A stretch of 60,724 bases of DNA, counting the filler, from Dugesia japonica (taxonomy: Eukaryota), in the NCBI GenBank assembly GCA_001938525.1. It is 5 parts of 5 records of this genome, joined end to end, with 100 filler letters (N's around TTAATTAATTAA, not from the genome) between each part and the next. Parts side by side here need not be neighbours in the genome. Positions count along the whole stretch, not along the records: positions 1 to 18,516 come from MQRL01566300.1; positions 18,617 to 27,582 come from MQRL01615645.1; 3 more parts are not named here. One strand, 5' to 3'. The notes below the pieces were generated by a model. The model was not told the origin of the DNA. It ran no database searches and saw nothing but the letters and a program-made list of their open reading frames with translations. Below, one piece after another: positions 10,641 to 25,200 of this stretch. Numbering within the stretch: position 1 is the first letter of the stretch; each line of letters opens with the position of its first letter. The position numbers and the translations under genes are program-made.

Positions 10641-13600
10641 AATTAAAAGTTTTCAATAAATAAAATTTTTTTTTAAAGATTCTCAATAATAAAAAAAATT
10701 AATTAAATAAAATTAGTAAAAAATTAAAGTTTTAATATTGTAATATTTTAATCTTAATAAAAAAGATTTTTTGAGATTTTTAGATTATCAATAATTAAAA
10801 TAATTAATAAATTTTAAAAAAAATTAGTAAAAAATTAGAGTTTAAATATTGTAATATTTTAATCTTAATAAAAAACGAATTTTTGAGATTTAATTTTAAA
10901 ATAAAAAATTATACTTTAAATAAACCAATAAAATTTCGATAAAAGAGAAATAATTTTGTAGCAGAGATCTATTGTCCTATTGAATAAATCGAAAAGTCAT
11001 CATTCCTGAACGAAGACAAGTGTCAAAAATTTGAAATTATTTACAAATACATTTAATTTTGATCGAAGCCTTTTCTTTATTTTAATAAAATCTCAAATGC
11101 GATCAATGGTTAAGTCCAACAATTATTCCCGCAATAATTGTAATTATAAAAAAATTATAATCATTATTTAAGTAACAACATTAACCAGAACAAAAAATCC
11201 AGAGGTATCCTAGTATAGAAAGTTCAGAACTGATATCTAAAAGTTTAGAAAATCAATAAGATTCAAATTAAATTAATACAAAACATTGTCCATTCCGAAT
11301 TCATCCCGAAAAGAAAAAATACCGCAATGGAACTAAATTGCTTAATTCACAAAAATAATTTTTTTAAATGAAAAATAAATTAATAAAAATATCCTTTCTT
11401 TTTGCAAAAAAAAGAAAATAATTGAAAATAAACTATTTTGAAAATATGAAAACTACGGTTTAAATAAATACGGAGAATATAGACAGAACTCAAAAAACCT
11501 TCACGAAGTAAATTAAAAAATCAACCAATCTGAATATTCCACAATAATAGACCAATCTGAATTCCTAACGAGCTTAAAAATTCAAGATACCTAAAAAATT
11601 GAAAATGCCAAATTAAAAATTGTATTTTTCAATTTCACACTAATAGAGAAGTTGTAATTCAATAAATTTTGGTGAGTAAAAATATTCAACTGCAAAATAT
11701 TTTCACTTCAGCAAAAGTATTTCGATATAAGAGGTTATTAATGAACAAAATCCCAAGGGGGATTACGAAGAAGAAAATTCAACAAGAACCACAAATATTT
11801 AGAATAATTCTGTAGTAACAACAATGAGGAGGGGCCAACAAAAAGATAAATTACGAATTGATCAAATAGAAGAAATTTAAATATTTGTGACAATCTGCTA
11901 AAAGTACAAAAAAGAATAAATAAATTAATTGAACACAAAGGAGAACATTTTTGGTTCAAAAATTTAAACAAAGAATTTAAATAAAAAGCAACCAACATAG
12001 TAATGCAACTTAAAAGAAATATGAAGCAGATAATTCACGAAAAGATAAGAATTGAAAATTTGAAATATTTTGCTGTTTGTGCTGCCATCATTCTTATGCC
12101 CATTAATGATGAATGATAATGAATATTGCTAAAACATAAATAATGCAAGATATCTGTTCTTACAATATATGTTTTATTACCCAAGATTGTATAAACTTTT
12201 TAATGTCTCATTATAAATAATGCAAGTAAAGATTTGGGATAATGAAGGTTTAAGTCACGAAGTATAGTAAAGTATATTTTAGTAAGCAAAAAAATCTACA
12301 GTCTCTAATTAGAAATGTTGATAATTCAAATTTTTTCAGTATCTCAAATTTTTTAATTAAAATTTTATAAAGTAATTACTATTATAATTTTTTTATGTAT
12401 AGAATTTTTTGAAAAATCGAGTTAATAAAAATAACGTATTTTCATTAATTCGTATTTCTTGACTCCTTTAAAAATATTTTTATGAAAAATGGATCAAGAA
12501 TGCTAATAATTTTATTTTAAGCTTATCCGATGTAAATAATGATATTTATGAATCTATTAAACGGCTAAAAAAATTGTTTATATGAATTAAAGGGTAAGAA
12601 TTATAAGCAGGAAAGAATCAAAGAATATTTTCAATAAATATATTGTGGTTTTTATTCGTTAATTTGAAATTTTTGATAATTCGACATGATTTTCTAATCC
12701 CCAAGAAATACGAATTAAAAAGGTTCGATTGTATTAAATAATGATCTTTAATAACTGTTTGTTAAAAGTTTTTTGCTGCTAAATCTTTTTTTAGCAAATT
12801 TTATTTTGATTTATCATTTTTTTTACACGTGAACTTAAATATATTTTATTTTTCTTGCAAATATCACCATTACAATTCGGACAATAATAATTATACCATA
12901 GTTTTTGTAATGAAAAGTCTAAAGGTGATTGTGTTATGTATTAAATCTGTGTTTATATTTTCCAACAGTTTTGATCGGCTTAACTATCTGATAATTAATT
13001 AATGGTAATATGAATTACTATATTAGTTTATTATTTTGTTCTGTTTATATTCAGGTTAAAAGAGAAAGATATTTGGTAACAAAATAATACATATTGAGAC
13101 TGTGAGTATAGATTCATGAATTTCGGATGTCTGAGATTTTTTAATTTTTATATTTAATATTAAGATGGGTTTTTTTTGAAATTTTTAAAATATAAAATTT
13201 TAAAAATAATAAGGTTGAAAAATAAATAAATATATATGTAAAACAAAGATATTTTAAATAAAAGTTAAAATTTTACATGGTGTTAAATAATAAAATTTTA
13301 AAAAATTATTTTCTAAAATGAGTTTTAAAAATAATTATTTTGGAATTGAAAAAACCAAAAAAAAAATATTTTATTAAGATTTCTCAGATTATTTGTTTGA
13401 AATTTGTGAATTGTTATTTCATATTTTCATTTTTTAAGAAAAGATTTGTAATAATCAATAAACAATTTATGGAGATTTGTGAGACTTTAAATTTAACTAA
13501 TAGAGACATTATCAAAATGCGATACTTTTTAAAAATCTCTGCTACTGAGTATCGTTTGTTTTGCAAAAGTTCTAATATTCATTAGTAACCTTAAAATAGT

Positions 13601-13977
13601 AATAGTAAAATTTTCTACTAAAATATAAATATTGTTGTTTTTAATATCTCACTCCCTTATTAAAAATTCATGGATCCGTCACTGTAAAAAAGTACAATTT
13701 ATCTCAAAGGTTTGATAATTTAATTAAATAATAGTTTCATTTGTTGATTATTATATTTTAAATATCTATCAGAGGTAGAATTACCTGGTTTCTCTGCAGG
13801 TACCGGAGGGATTTCTGAAGAAATTAATTTGTTCGGCTGCAAAATAAATAAATTTATAATATATCAAAGTTATTATTAATTTAAGGATTCATTTATAATT
13901 TATCTTCTCTCATCCTTAACATATACGAAACCAGATTCTACTTTTAAATTATACATTTCTAAATAATTCAAGTCCAC

Positions 13978-14672
13978 CGTGACCCGACAATTGGGCACAA
14001 AAAATATTTTTAGTAAAATAATAAAATAAAAAAATTATTAACAGAAGAATTCAAGATTATGTTGATCTCAAATAATCAAACAAAACAATCTAATCAATTT
14101 TAAACAATTGCAAATTAGCCACGTGACGCAAATATCGTAACATATCATCTTCCTCGCGATATCCTTGAACAACTATTGATACCTAGAACAACATATAATA
14201 TGTCATATTTTTTCTTAGTTTCGGTCGGCCTTATCGTACTTTGATCAATATGTTTTCGTTTTGCTATGTCAATTGCAAGACCATCAAACAAAGTCTATAC
14301 ATTTGGATGGCTGTGATGAAAAATGGCATTCAGTGAGTTATGAATTCCTTCACAGCAATTGATTGTTCTTGGAGACTTCTCAATTGCAGCCGTATAGTCA
14401 TTCCACATTCCCATTGGAAACTGTGACTCTCTTTCTGCAGCACCTTTAATATGTCAAAAAAAAGGATGTTAAAATACTGTTGTACCTATCTTCATCTAGA
14501 AAATTAATTGCAAGGGTATCAAAGACTTTATAATTTTTTTTAATATTCTTTAAATCGCTGTGATTATTTAATATAATAATATAATATAAACTCAATACTA
14601 CCTTATTACTAAAAATATTTATTGCCCAAATATCTTGTGCCTAATTATCCTGTGCCCAATTATCATACAAAC
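13978..14672 (-). mobile_element. Internally deleted MULE transposon with 9-bp TSD
   Basis: TSD caagtccac at 13969-13977 and 14673-14681. Inverted termini contain aattgggcaca / tgtgcccaatt. The minus strand reads ERESQFPMGMWND..SPRTINCCEGIHNSLNAIFHHSHP, homologous to ORF 36644-37144. Confidence 0.85.
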
Positions 14673-16379
14673 CAAGTCCACATATCGAACAATAAAAAAA
14701 CGTTTATTAATAAATGATAGAATATAGACAAAAATTCATGTTTCAATAAAATCTAAAATATCACAAGAAAAATACAAGAAAAAAAATATATATCACAGCA
14801 TTAATAACAATAAATTCTATATCAATTTTCTTCCAATTCTTTCTTTCTTTTACTGTGAATTTTCTAAATAAATTTAACACCAATTTTGAGATTCTAATTG
14901 TCGCTTCATCTTGAACAATTCAGTTTAATAGGACTGTATTATAAAGCTGTATAATTCACATTATCAAAATGAATTTTATTTTATATATTAATGCTTAATA
15001 ATTCCTTCATATTTTTCTTGTTTTGCATCATTGCGTTGAAATCTAGAAATCAAATCGCAAAGCAAACAGATGGACAGAGTCTATAAACAATTACAGTCTT
15101 TCAGTTAATTATCGCTTCAAAATGAAAATATTTAGAGACTTGGAACAAGATTCAAAGCCCATAATTTCAAATATGTTAAGTTTATAGTTTTGATTTTAGA
15201 CTAAAATTCATTTAGAAAAAGGCGTAGTAGACGGAGGAAATCTCTATACTGATTCTCAAGAACAACAGCTGAAATTCTTAATACGCATTAAATTTTAAAA
15301 ATTGAATTAAACATTAAATCTTGATTATCAAATAATAAATAGCACACTTGAGGTATACAAGTACTGATCTGCAGAGAAAGTGATGAAGACGATCGATCCA
15401 TAGATGGATTTCCAAATTCGCACATTGCAATGGTATGCAACTGTTACTGTATGTATAAAAGTAATATTTCTTTAGAATACTTGTTTCCAGTAAATAAAAT
15501 TTTATGATGTATTCATTAAATTTCCTACTTAACAATATTATACTTTCATTTTGATATCGCCCCCTCCCTTGAAAAATTCCTGGATCCGTCACTGTCAGTG
15601 TACATTGTAAGATACCTGTAATTGTTGGCAACGGTTCTTTAATAAGTCTATAAAAACTGAAAGTTTATTAAACGATTTAAAATAAAAAAAATTCACGAAA
15701 AAGTATGTTACAATCCAATAAAATAGTAGACTAAAAATAGATTCAGAAAAATTTTTTATAATTAAATCTTAATAACTTGATCTTCGTAATTTATTTGAAA
15801 TCAATGATTCAGTCAGTTTTAAGTGAACTGCTGTTAACTTTTTATATTAAATTATGCTAATTATATTTGTGTATCGGCGATTGTTTAACTTTTTCTATGC
15901 AAGCTATGCAAAGTTATTTGAATTATAGAATTCATCGAATAGTTTGATTAATTTTTAGTTAATAATTAAATTACTAAGTCTTATTTTTTCGATTTATGCT
16001 CCAATGGGTCAATTTAATAATGTAAACATGTTATAATTATGAAAATATTTTAATACAAAAATAAAACTACAGTAAATGAGTGAAAACTTTAGTTACAAAA
16101 TCGTTATAAGTGATCCAACGTTCCATATATTAGCTTTCAACTTTTTAATGTAGATCGCTAATATTCTAGATCAATTAAATCATTATATCATAAGATATTG
16201 AACAAAAGAAATAAACAGTATCGATCTTCGATACATTTAATATAAGATTTCATAAAATTTATTAAGTAACATGTTCGGTACAGTGTGGGTCACTGATGAA
16301 AAAGTCGAAAATTAAATTTGTAATAATGAAACAAGTTTTGGAGACAACTTGAAAGGGAGATCAAATGACAAGGGCCTTA

Positions 16380-17210
16380 AATACTCTGAAGATTAAAGAT
16401 GATCAACGGTTATTAAAAATAATTGGAAATAATGAAGTTTTATTCATGATAGATATATGTGATGCAGGATGCACACATTTGATAAAACTCAAAATAATCA
16501 CAAGTGGTGAACCAATCAATGTAAAACTCTACAAGTAACCACTGATTTTAAAAGTTAAAATTGAAGAGGCAATCCAAAACCGTTTTGAAAATAATATTAT
16601 CCATAAATGAAAATCTACATGGAATACAGCACTGATTTGTGTTTGGAAAAGGAAAATAAGGACATAAGAATATGTTTGGATCTCAAACAATTGGATGCTG
16701 TAACAAAAAAACAAAACTTTTGTATGCTTAACGTCTATGAAATGCTGAACAAGTTGGATAGAATAATATATTTCGGTTCAATAGATTTTGAAAATTTGTA
16801 CTATCAGGTAGAGCTCGCAAAATCTCTGGAAAAAACGGCGTTTTCAACGAAACATGGACAGTATTATCCAAAAGAATACCATTTAGCATAACGACAGCAA
16901 CTAAAGAAAAGACAAAGATATTAGAAACTACCAATTTGTTTGAAGTTATATTCACAAATATATGTGAGCCAATGCAAGAAAATAGTTGACGGAAAATACA
17001 CATTCTTGGAATAATATCCTAGTTCAATAAATATCTAATTCTTAAAGCATTATCTAAACAAGATGAGGAAACAGTCCATAAAGTTATTTTTAAGAAGTGG
17101 ATATTGAGATTGGTATCCCAAAGAGAGATAAGACTAGATTGTGAAAAAACCTTTGAATCCAGAAAGTTTGCACAAAAGCTAGATATTAAACTTTGTTTTT
17201 CGAGTCAAAC
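16380..17210 (+). mobile_element. Ty3/Gypsy remnant (RT and integrase fragments)
   Basis: WNTALICVWK..KDIRICLDLKQL..SIDFENLYYQVEL..KTAFSTKHGQY, followed by integrase-like KWIL../GIPKEIRLDC. Related to the element at 22.2-27.3 kb. Confidence 0.85.
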
Positions 17211-18516
17211 AAAAGTTTCTAAAATTTATAAATAAACAAATAAGATTCAATCAATTGCATACTGATAAAAAATAAAAGCACTTAAAACATTCAAGAATCA
17301 TACATTTCCTCACAGTAGTATTTTAATATATTTTACATCGCGATGTTATAATATTTATTATATACACATATAAATAAATAAAGGTACATAAAATTATAAC
17401 ACACACAATACAAAAGTTAGTTACATTCAAAATTTTGTCCCAATTTCCTATAAACAATGTCTGAAAAGCGACAAATTACTCTCAACTACAAAGTAAATTT
17501 TATAAAAAAATTTTGATTATTTTAAAATTTATAATTTTAGAAAATAAACAATATTTTTGATACAATGATTAACAATAACTAAATTTTGAAAAAGAAGATT
17601 AATAATGTAAATTTATTAAACTTATGAAATAAGAAGGCATAACCGAAATATTGAACAATCGATGAAAATAGAGGAACATCTTATTTAATCTTTGCTTGTG
17701 AAAAAAATTTCTATCAAACAAATTTTAGTTATTATAAGAATTTAAATTTTTTCTTTTAAGAATTATGATGCTTATATTGACGATGCTTTTTGATAATATT
17801 CTTGTTGGTGATGATAACCGTTAGTTGTTATTAATTTTTAATTAATGTTTTGTAATAAAAAAATGAATTAGATTAATTAATGAAAAAGATGTTAACTTTG
17901 TTTAAATAACATCAAATTAAATTTTTATTAACACTTTAAATAAATTTTACTTAGTAATTCTGATTTAAATACTCAAGTGTATACAAAAGATTCCCTTAAC
18001 ATAATTAGCGGTATAACATGACAAGTCAACTTTGGAAGAATTGATCATATATTTGAACTTCTCATTATTCAACAAAGAACCGATATACTTAGCTTGGTAA
18101 TTAACACTCTCGAGGATTTCAAGATTATTGAAAGTTATTAAGAAACTTAGTTTAATAGTGCATGTTTTATAATATGTTTTTATATATTATAAAATATTAC
18201 TGTATAATATTCAGTATTTGGCGGTTATTTATTTGACTAATTGAGTGAAATTCCTATGACAGAACTATAATTGCTAAAAACTATACACAAGATTTTAATT
18301 AATTATTTTTTACTCTTAAATCTTAATATCAAAAAAGTTCGATTATCAATTTTAATCAACTTAAACTTTACAGATAAATATACATTAAATTTCAGTTACA
18401 TCTCCATTATCATCTGAGAAATTATGGAATATGGAGCTGGTAGCTAATATTAATCCGAAGGATAAAATCAAAATATGTATTATCAATATAACCATAATTT
18501 CAAAGATGGAAATTGC

Positions 18517-18616
18517 NNNNNNNNNNNNNNNNNNNNNNNNNNNNNNNNNNNNNNNNNNNNTTAATTAATTAANNNNNNNNNNNNNNNNNNNNNNNNNNNN
18601 NNNNNNNNNNNNNNNN
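18517..18616. other. Assembly spacer N44-TTAATTAATTAA-N44 (also at ~27583, ~41692, ~51197)
   Basis: An identical 12-mer with stop codons in all six frames is centred in ~100-nt N runs four times. Confidence 0.9.
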
Positions 18617-18787
18617 AATAATTGCAATTGTAAAACAATTATTATTTTGTTTAATTGAAAATTTTAAATTATCGACCTAATCAAACTCAACAATGAAAAC
18701 AAAGTATTTTCGTTTGCAAGATTTATTTTCACAGAAAATTTAATTATTGTTTACATAGTTTTTTTTTGTCATCAGTCAAATCAAATT

Positions 18788-20222
18788 TTATTCGGGATTT
18801 TTGGGAAGAAAACTATTAATAGACGATTCTCGTGAATGTTTTGCTTCCAAGGCAAATAGTAAACAAGAAAATATACGATACAGCAGTATAAACGGGGAAA
18901 TAGTAGCAGACAAATCCAGTAGTAATATCCGGATATCAAATCGATAATTTTTCACATTCCGAAATTCATGGTTGAATAAATCACTGATAAAAGTTATTCC
19001 ATTAAATAAACTAAGTATAAGTAATAAATTATGAATTTTTTGATTTCTACTTTCAAATTTATATTGTATATTGATTAATATTAAAATCGATTGGAAAAAT
19101 GTCGCAATGAAAAGTAATCCACTACAAATAAAATCCAGAATCAATGACACCAGATTTTCATCACGAGAATAATAAAATGAACATGTTAAATGTATCATAT
19201 TTACCATTATAAATACAAATTTACTGATAGAACCAATCGATATTAATAAATGTCTCATAATGATTTCATTGTATTTCTTTCTGTGAGTATATTGAACATT
19301 TGTTAGAAATATTATAGAAACATATAATGCAAAAATTATCTGAAAAATATCTACAAACGATTGAATATAATACGGATTTTTGATAAATTTACGAACAGCT
19401 AATAATATAAAATTCGAAATAAATAAAATAACACCAAAAAAATATTTTCTATAAGATTTATCAACTGAATTTTCATTTGTTAAACAATTAAAACGTATTT
19501 CGATTTTTTGATAAATAAAATGAAAATGCGTTTGTAATGGGTTTATAATGTATGGAATCATAGAAATTCCAAGAATTATTATTGCGATTTTAATATTATT
19601 TGAAAGACTCGCATATAAATGAGTAGCCCAAGTAAATTCGGCAGTAATATTAATTGAACATACACTTTTAAAACGATTATCATTGAATTTTCTTTGAAAG
19701 GCCGATTGAAATTCTTTAGTCAAAAAAAGAACAGCATTAAAAGTAGCTAAATTCAACAAAGAAGACAACGAAATGAGTAAAGTTTGTGAATTTATCAAAT
19801 TGATTATTGGTAATTCACCAGTATCATTTGAATTTAAAATATTGACAATAAGAAAAATCATAGATAAAAAAAGTAAAGAAATTGACAAGTTAAATGATAA
19901 ATTAATATAACTATCACACGTGATAATGTAATATGTGAATACAGCTGAAAAAATAAATGAAGGAATGAGAAATGTGATTATCGGAAAACAAATCAAAAAT
20001 ACAACTTTTGGATTTTCTGTTGGATTTTTTTGAAAGAAATTTCGATGATTATAATTGATTTTTGCACTAATAAAAACTAGAATCGTGTTAAAAAGAAATA
20101 TTACCGTTGTCAATGATATAATAATTTGCCAATATCCGATTTCTTCAACGACGTAAGGAACTATTCTCACAGAGTAAATCATATAGTTAAAAACAACTCC
20201 AACACTAATTGAACATAGGAAA
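18788..20222 (-). CDS. Divergent otopetrin-family multi-pass membrane protein (5' end in gap)
   Basis: Uninterrupted ORF of at least 464 aa, open into the N gap, with ~10 hydrophobic segments. Motif order matches otopetrins: LNLATFN, SVD....YFFGVILF, FQSILI, LLILSLFNGI and PFILLYRIFSCLL..E. Confidence 0.6.
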
Positions 20223-20442
20223 NNNNNNNNNNNNNNNNNNNNNNNNNNNNNNNNNNNNNNNNNNNNNNNNNNNNNNNNNNNNNNNNNNNNNNNNNNNNNN
20301 NNNNATAGATTTCAATTTATATTAAAGTATTGAAATAATAAAAATTTAATCACCAATTATTCCAATTGAATCGAAACGAACAAAGATGGAAGGATGTGTG
20401 CATATTTACAAACATTTGTAGTTATGCAGATTTGTTAATCTT

Positions 20443-20598
20443 ATTAATTAACGGTTAACTCCAAATAGTATGACTCATACTATTAAATAGTATGACCAAA
20501 AAAAGTTCTTTTAATTTTCATTAAATTTAGTCATACTATTTATTAGTATGACTATTGAAAAAAATAGTCATACTATTAGGAGTTATTCGTTAATTAAT
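20443..20598. mobile_element. MITE-like ~155-bp inverted-repeat element
   Basis: Termini attaattaacggttaactccaaatagtatgact and agtcatactattaggagttattcgttaattaat. Internal copies of atagtatgac occur in both orientations. Confidence 0.65.
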
Positions 20599-20875
20599 TA
20601 TTGTCGGGTCTTAACATTATAAAAAGCGGTTAAAAATGAAAAAAAATTGTATTTATAAATCAGATAACTAATTCATGTAACTACTCGACACTACTGGATA
20701 AGGATGCTAAATANNNNNNNNNNNNNNNNNNNNNNNNNNNNNNNNNNNNNNNNNNNNNNNNNNNNNNNNNNNNNNNNNNNNNNNNNNNNNNNNNNNNNNN
20801 NNNNNNNNNNNNNNNNNNNNNNNNNNNNNNNNNNNNNNNNNNNNNNNNNNNNNNNNNNNNNNNNNNNNNNNNNNN

Positions 20876-22030
20876 TCTCAGGAGCTTATCGATTTTAATA
20901 TAAGAAAATTTGATGGAAAAGATGCTTCAGAAGCTACAGCATGGCTGAAAGAAATCGAAGAATGGCTCATTTTGAATTATTTAAGCTTAATGGGAATTTT
21001 CAATTTCTTGTTATAAAAGGAAGGAGGAGTTTTATGGTAAAACTTGAAGTGGGGTGGATTAATGAAAGAAGATGCAATAAAGTGTTTTGTAGAGACTACA
21101 TTAAAAATGATTCTTACATTTAAATGATCATGGAACTCGCAACAGTTAGACAAGAATCGAAAGAGAGATTTGCATCGTTCGACGTACGAGTAAGGAATTT
21201 AGTTAACTGTGTATTGAATTCAGGATTGAATAATGACGAATTCGCAAATGATTTGCTGTAAAAGGCCAGGAATCAAAATTCATGAGAGATGCTTATAACG
21301 AGACCAGATTGCAACGTCATATTAAGTGGGGAGTATTTTCGAGCAGTGGAAAGAGGCTGTGAGAAGTGTAGAACTGAGTGCTAAATGAAAGAAAAAAATA
21401 AAAGTTATCAAAATTATAATAGTTAAAAAGATACGGCCGTAGTTTATTGGTGGGATAGATGCAATGAAAAGTTTCGAAATAAAACTGACGAAAGTTAGCA
21501 TTGAAAATGGATGTTTGGGAAGAAACCACTCAAACGATGATAGAAAAAATTATACATTAAAGTTTCGTGAAATATTCATGGTGTCTAAGTTGGATAAATG
21601 ACACATAAAACAAGTTGTACATGAAATAAAGGTATTTGGAGATCCGATTGTTCAACATCCCTGAAGACAACCAATGCACTTAAAAAAGAAGATTGACGAA
21701 ATGATACAGAATTTAATAAGTATTGGAGTAATTAACAACTCTAATAGACCGCGGAGTTCACCTTTCGTAATTGTGTGAAAAAATAATGATTCGATAAGAA
21801 TGAGTGTAGATTATCGACAACTGAATATGATCACCGAAAAAATTTCATTTTCAATACCAGATAGATTGCTTAGCAATTGCAAAAGTATTCTCTTCAATCG
21901 ATATAGGACAAGCTTACTACCAGATAGAATTAGCAGAAAGCTCGAAATATGTTACGGTGTTTAGTAAAAAATAGCGTCAATTTAGGACCAAGCTGATCCC
22001 ATTCAGGTTAGCAACGACACCAGTAACGGT
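20876..22030 (+). mobile_element. Ty3/Gypsy remnant (gag and RT fragments)
   Basis: Gag-like KFDGKDASEATAWLKEIE. RT-like HEIKVFGDPIVQHP*RQP..SSPFVIV..IRMSVDYRQLN..SIDIGQAYYQIEL. Confidence 0.8.
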
Positions 22031-22230
22031 TTAAAAGTTAATATTTTGTTTACCTCTCTTATTTATTTATACCAACTCCTTTTTCATAAAATTAAATACC
22101 TACTCTTCAATCTCATTCACATCTGCTCACTTCTCGTCTCCCTGAGAATTTACCATCAAACTTCCAGTTAATAAGTTGATAATAAAGTTGAAAATTGAAA
22201 ATTCATAGAAAGATGATCCAATAATACAAA

Positions 22231-25200
22231 TGTTATTTGAGTTTGGTAAACTCATCGTATCGTCAATATCAAAATTCGAATTCATTACAATACTTTATTA
22301 AAATCAAAACTATGACATCATTAGTTAANNNNNNNNNNNNNNNNNNNNNNNNNNNNNNNNNNNNNNNNNNNNNNNNNNNNNNNNNNNNNNNNNNNNNNTA
22401 TTTAAATTATATTTGATTTTAAAAAAATACGTTACAATAGAAATTTAATTTTATATTTTATTCTTTTTAAAATATATTTGATTTATATGATTTAAAAATA
22501 TATTTGATTTTAAAAAAATAAATTACAATAAAAATCTTTTATTCATTTCATTTTATATTTTAAAAAATGCTTAAATTTTTGTAATTTATTTTATAGTTTA
22601 TTTTCTTGATATAATTTTAAATATACTTTTGATTTTACTAAATTCCGTTTTTAAAGATAAAAANTTTTAAATCTTTTCTTTTTAAAAACTATCTTATCCC
22701 CCTTTTTAAGAAATTTTTTGATATTCTCTACGTTTCTTTCAAGACTTTTTCCGTTTGTATCTTCTGTCCGAATGTAACGTCTGTCATGAATGTTCCACTT
22801 GATATTATAGGGTCCTTCATAACTATCTTGGCTCTTGTTTCTTGTTTCAGCTTTCACGAAGACATCATCACCGATCTCGAATTGTCTTTTTGTTAATATT
22901 TCTTCTTGTTCTTTACGCACTCTTTGATTATCTTTTTCATACCATTTTATTTAATTTTAAAAAATACCTTACAATAGAAATTGAATTTTATATTTTATTA
23001 TTTTTAAAATATATTTGATTGAAAAAAATACATTAAAATAAAATGCTTTTATTCATTTCATTTTATATTTTAAAAAATCCTTAAATTTTAGTAATTTATT
23101 TTAAAGTTTATTTTCTTGATATAATTTTAAATATACTTTTGATTTTACTAAATTCCGCTTTTAAAGACAAAAATTTTTAAATCTTTTCTTTTAAAAAACT
23201 ATCTTATATCCCCTTTTTTTAAGAATTTTTTTGATCTTCTCTACGTTTCCTTCGAGACTTTTTTGGTTTGTATGATCATAACCGATCTCGATTTGTCTTT
23301 TGGTTAATATTTATTCTTTTTATCTGTGCACTCTTTGGGCATTAGTGTCATACCATTTTTCTCTGCTTATTCTCTTCCCAAATATTATTTCAGCAGGGCT
23401 TTTCCCAATAGTTTTCTATTTTGTAGCTTTTAAAGTAAATTCTACCTCTGGCAACACATCTGCTCAATCTAACGTTTTGCTTTCTTTAAGCGTTGCATTA
23501 ATCAGATCCCGCATAGTTCGAAAATGTCTCTCGATTTGTCCATTTGTGTTATGATGATATGGACTCGAAAACCTGAAGGTAATGCCATATTCATCTGCAA
23601 AATCTTTCATTGATTTAGACTAAAAAGCTCTTCCACAGTCAACTCGAATTTCTCTCGGAGACCCGAATTTTAATATCCACTGCTTCAATATTGCTTTCTG
23701 TATGATATTTTCATCTTGTCTTGTCATTGCTATCTAGGCTACATACTTACTGCATTGGTCTATTATACCGAGAACATATTTTTCCGACCTTTTGTCTCCG
23801 GCCGTGGTTTACACACAATTATAAATAAAAGTTCAAACATTTCGGCTGGCTGCGTCTTTTTCGTTTCTTCCTTCGTTTTTTTGTCAACACTTTAGCTTTT
23901 TGACATATTATACAACTTCGGAACAACTCTTGTACTTTGCTCCTAAATGTTTTGCGTTATATTTATGCTTCATATACGCTGGTACATTTTCTGCTCCAGC
24001 ATGACATAAAAGATGGTGTATCCTTTTTATAACTTCTTCTACTTTATCATCAGGTATCCATGTTCCTTCATCATTCTCACCAAAATTGACTTGTTTATCT
24101 TGAAAATCTACTGTATTTAACATCCTTGTCTTTAATTTTCCATTTTTGGGATCCTCATGTGATATAAGACATTTTTTACACGTACCGCATTCATTCCTTG
24201 ACAACATATCCGCATTGGTATGAAGCGATTCTTTTCTATATTCCAATTTTATATCTAAACTGCTCAAATAATTAATCCAAGTTTAAAACTGTGATGTGAT
24301 CGGCTTCTTGGTATTTAGCATAAAAGTGATGGCTTTATGGTCTGTTCTGAGAATAAATCTCTTTCCTTATAAGTAATGTTTGACATGAAAACAAAAGTAG
24401 TAAATTGCGAGCAATTCTTTCCGTGTAGTACAATATCCTTTCTAATGACTCGTCATTGCGTGTGACCCATATGCAATTACTCTTTCTTGCCCGTTGTTGT
24501 CATTTTGAGATAGGACTGCCCCAATCGTATTGAAACTCGCATCCGTGTCTAAAATAAATCCTCTATTTATATCTGGAAAACATAATATTGGAGACATCAT
24601 TAGTGTTTCTTTCATTCCATTAAAAACTTCTTCTAATTCTTTCGCCCATTCAATTTTCTTGTTACTTGACCCACTAAACAGCAGTTCCAGTAATCTAGCT
24701 TTCTTTGAATAATCTTTAATAAACTTGCGATAGAATTGCAAATTCCTGAAAAGCTTCTCATTTTCTTAACGCAGTTTGGTTTACCAAAGTTCTTAATTGC
24801 TTCTATTTTAGTTGGATCTGTTTTGACACCTTCTTTACTAATAACGTGTCCTAAACTTTTGATCTCCTTTCTCATGAATTGGCATTTTCCGGATTAACTC
24901 TAAGACCAGCCTTCTTAATTTCTGTTAATACTCTATTTATTATTTCATATTGTTACTCCTTTGTTTCGGTAAATATGAGAATATCATCTAGATAAAACAT
25001 TGCTCCTTTTATTTTTTCGATTACTTTATTCATCATTTCCTGGAACGTACCTGGTGCTGCTGCAATTCCAAAAGGCATTCTATTGAAACAAAATTGCTCT
25101 TGTTTGATCGAAAATGCCGTCTTTTCTTGAGAAATTTTACTGAGTTTCACTTGGTAGTATGCATTTCCCAAGTCTATGGAGCTAAAATACTACGTACCTT

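Noticed and set aside
18561-18572. Recurrent TTAATTAATTAA palindrome within gaps
   Set aside because: It is identical, centred in N runs and has stop codons in all six frames, so it is an assembly linker rather than biology. It also weakens any synteny argument across it.
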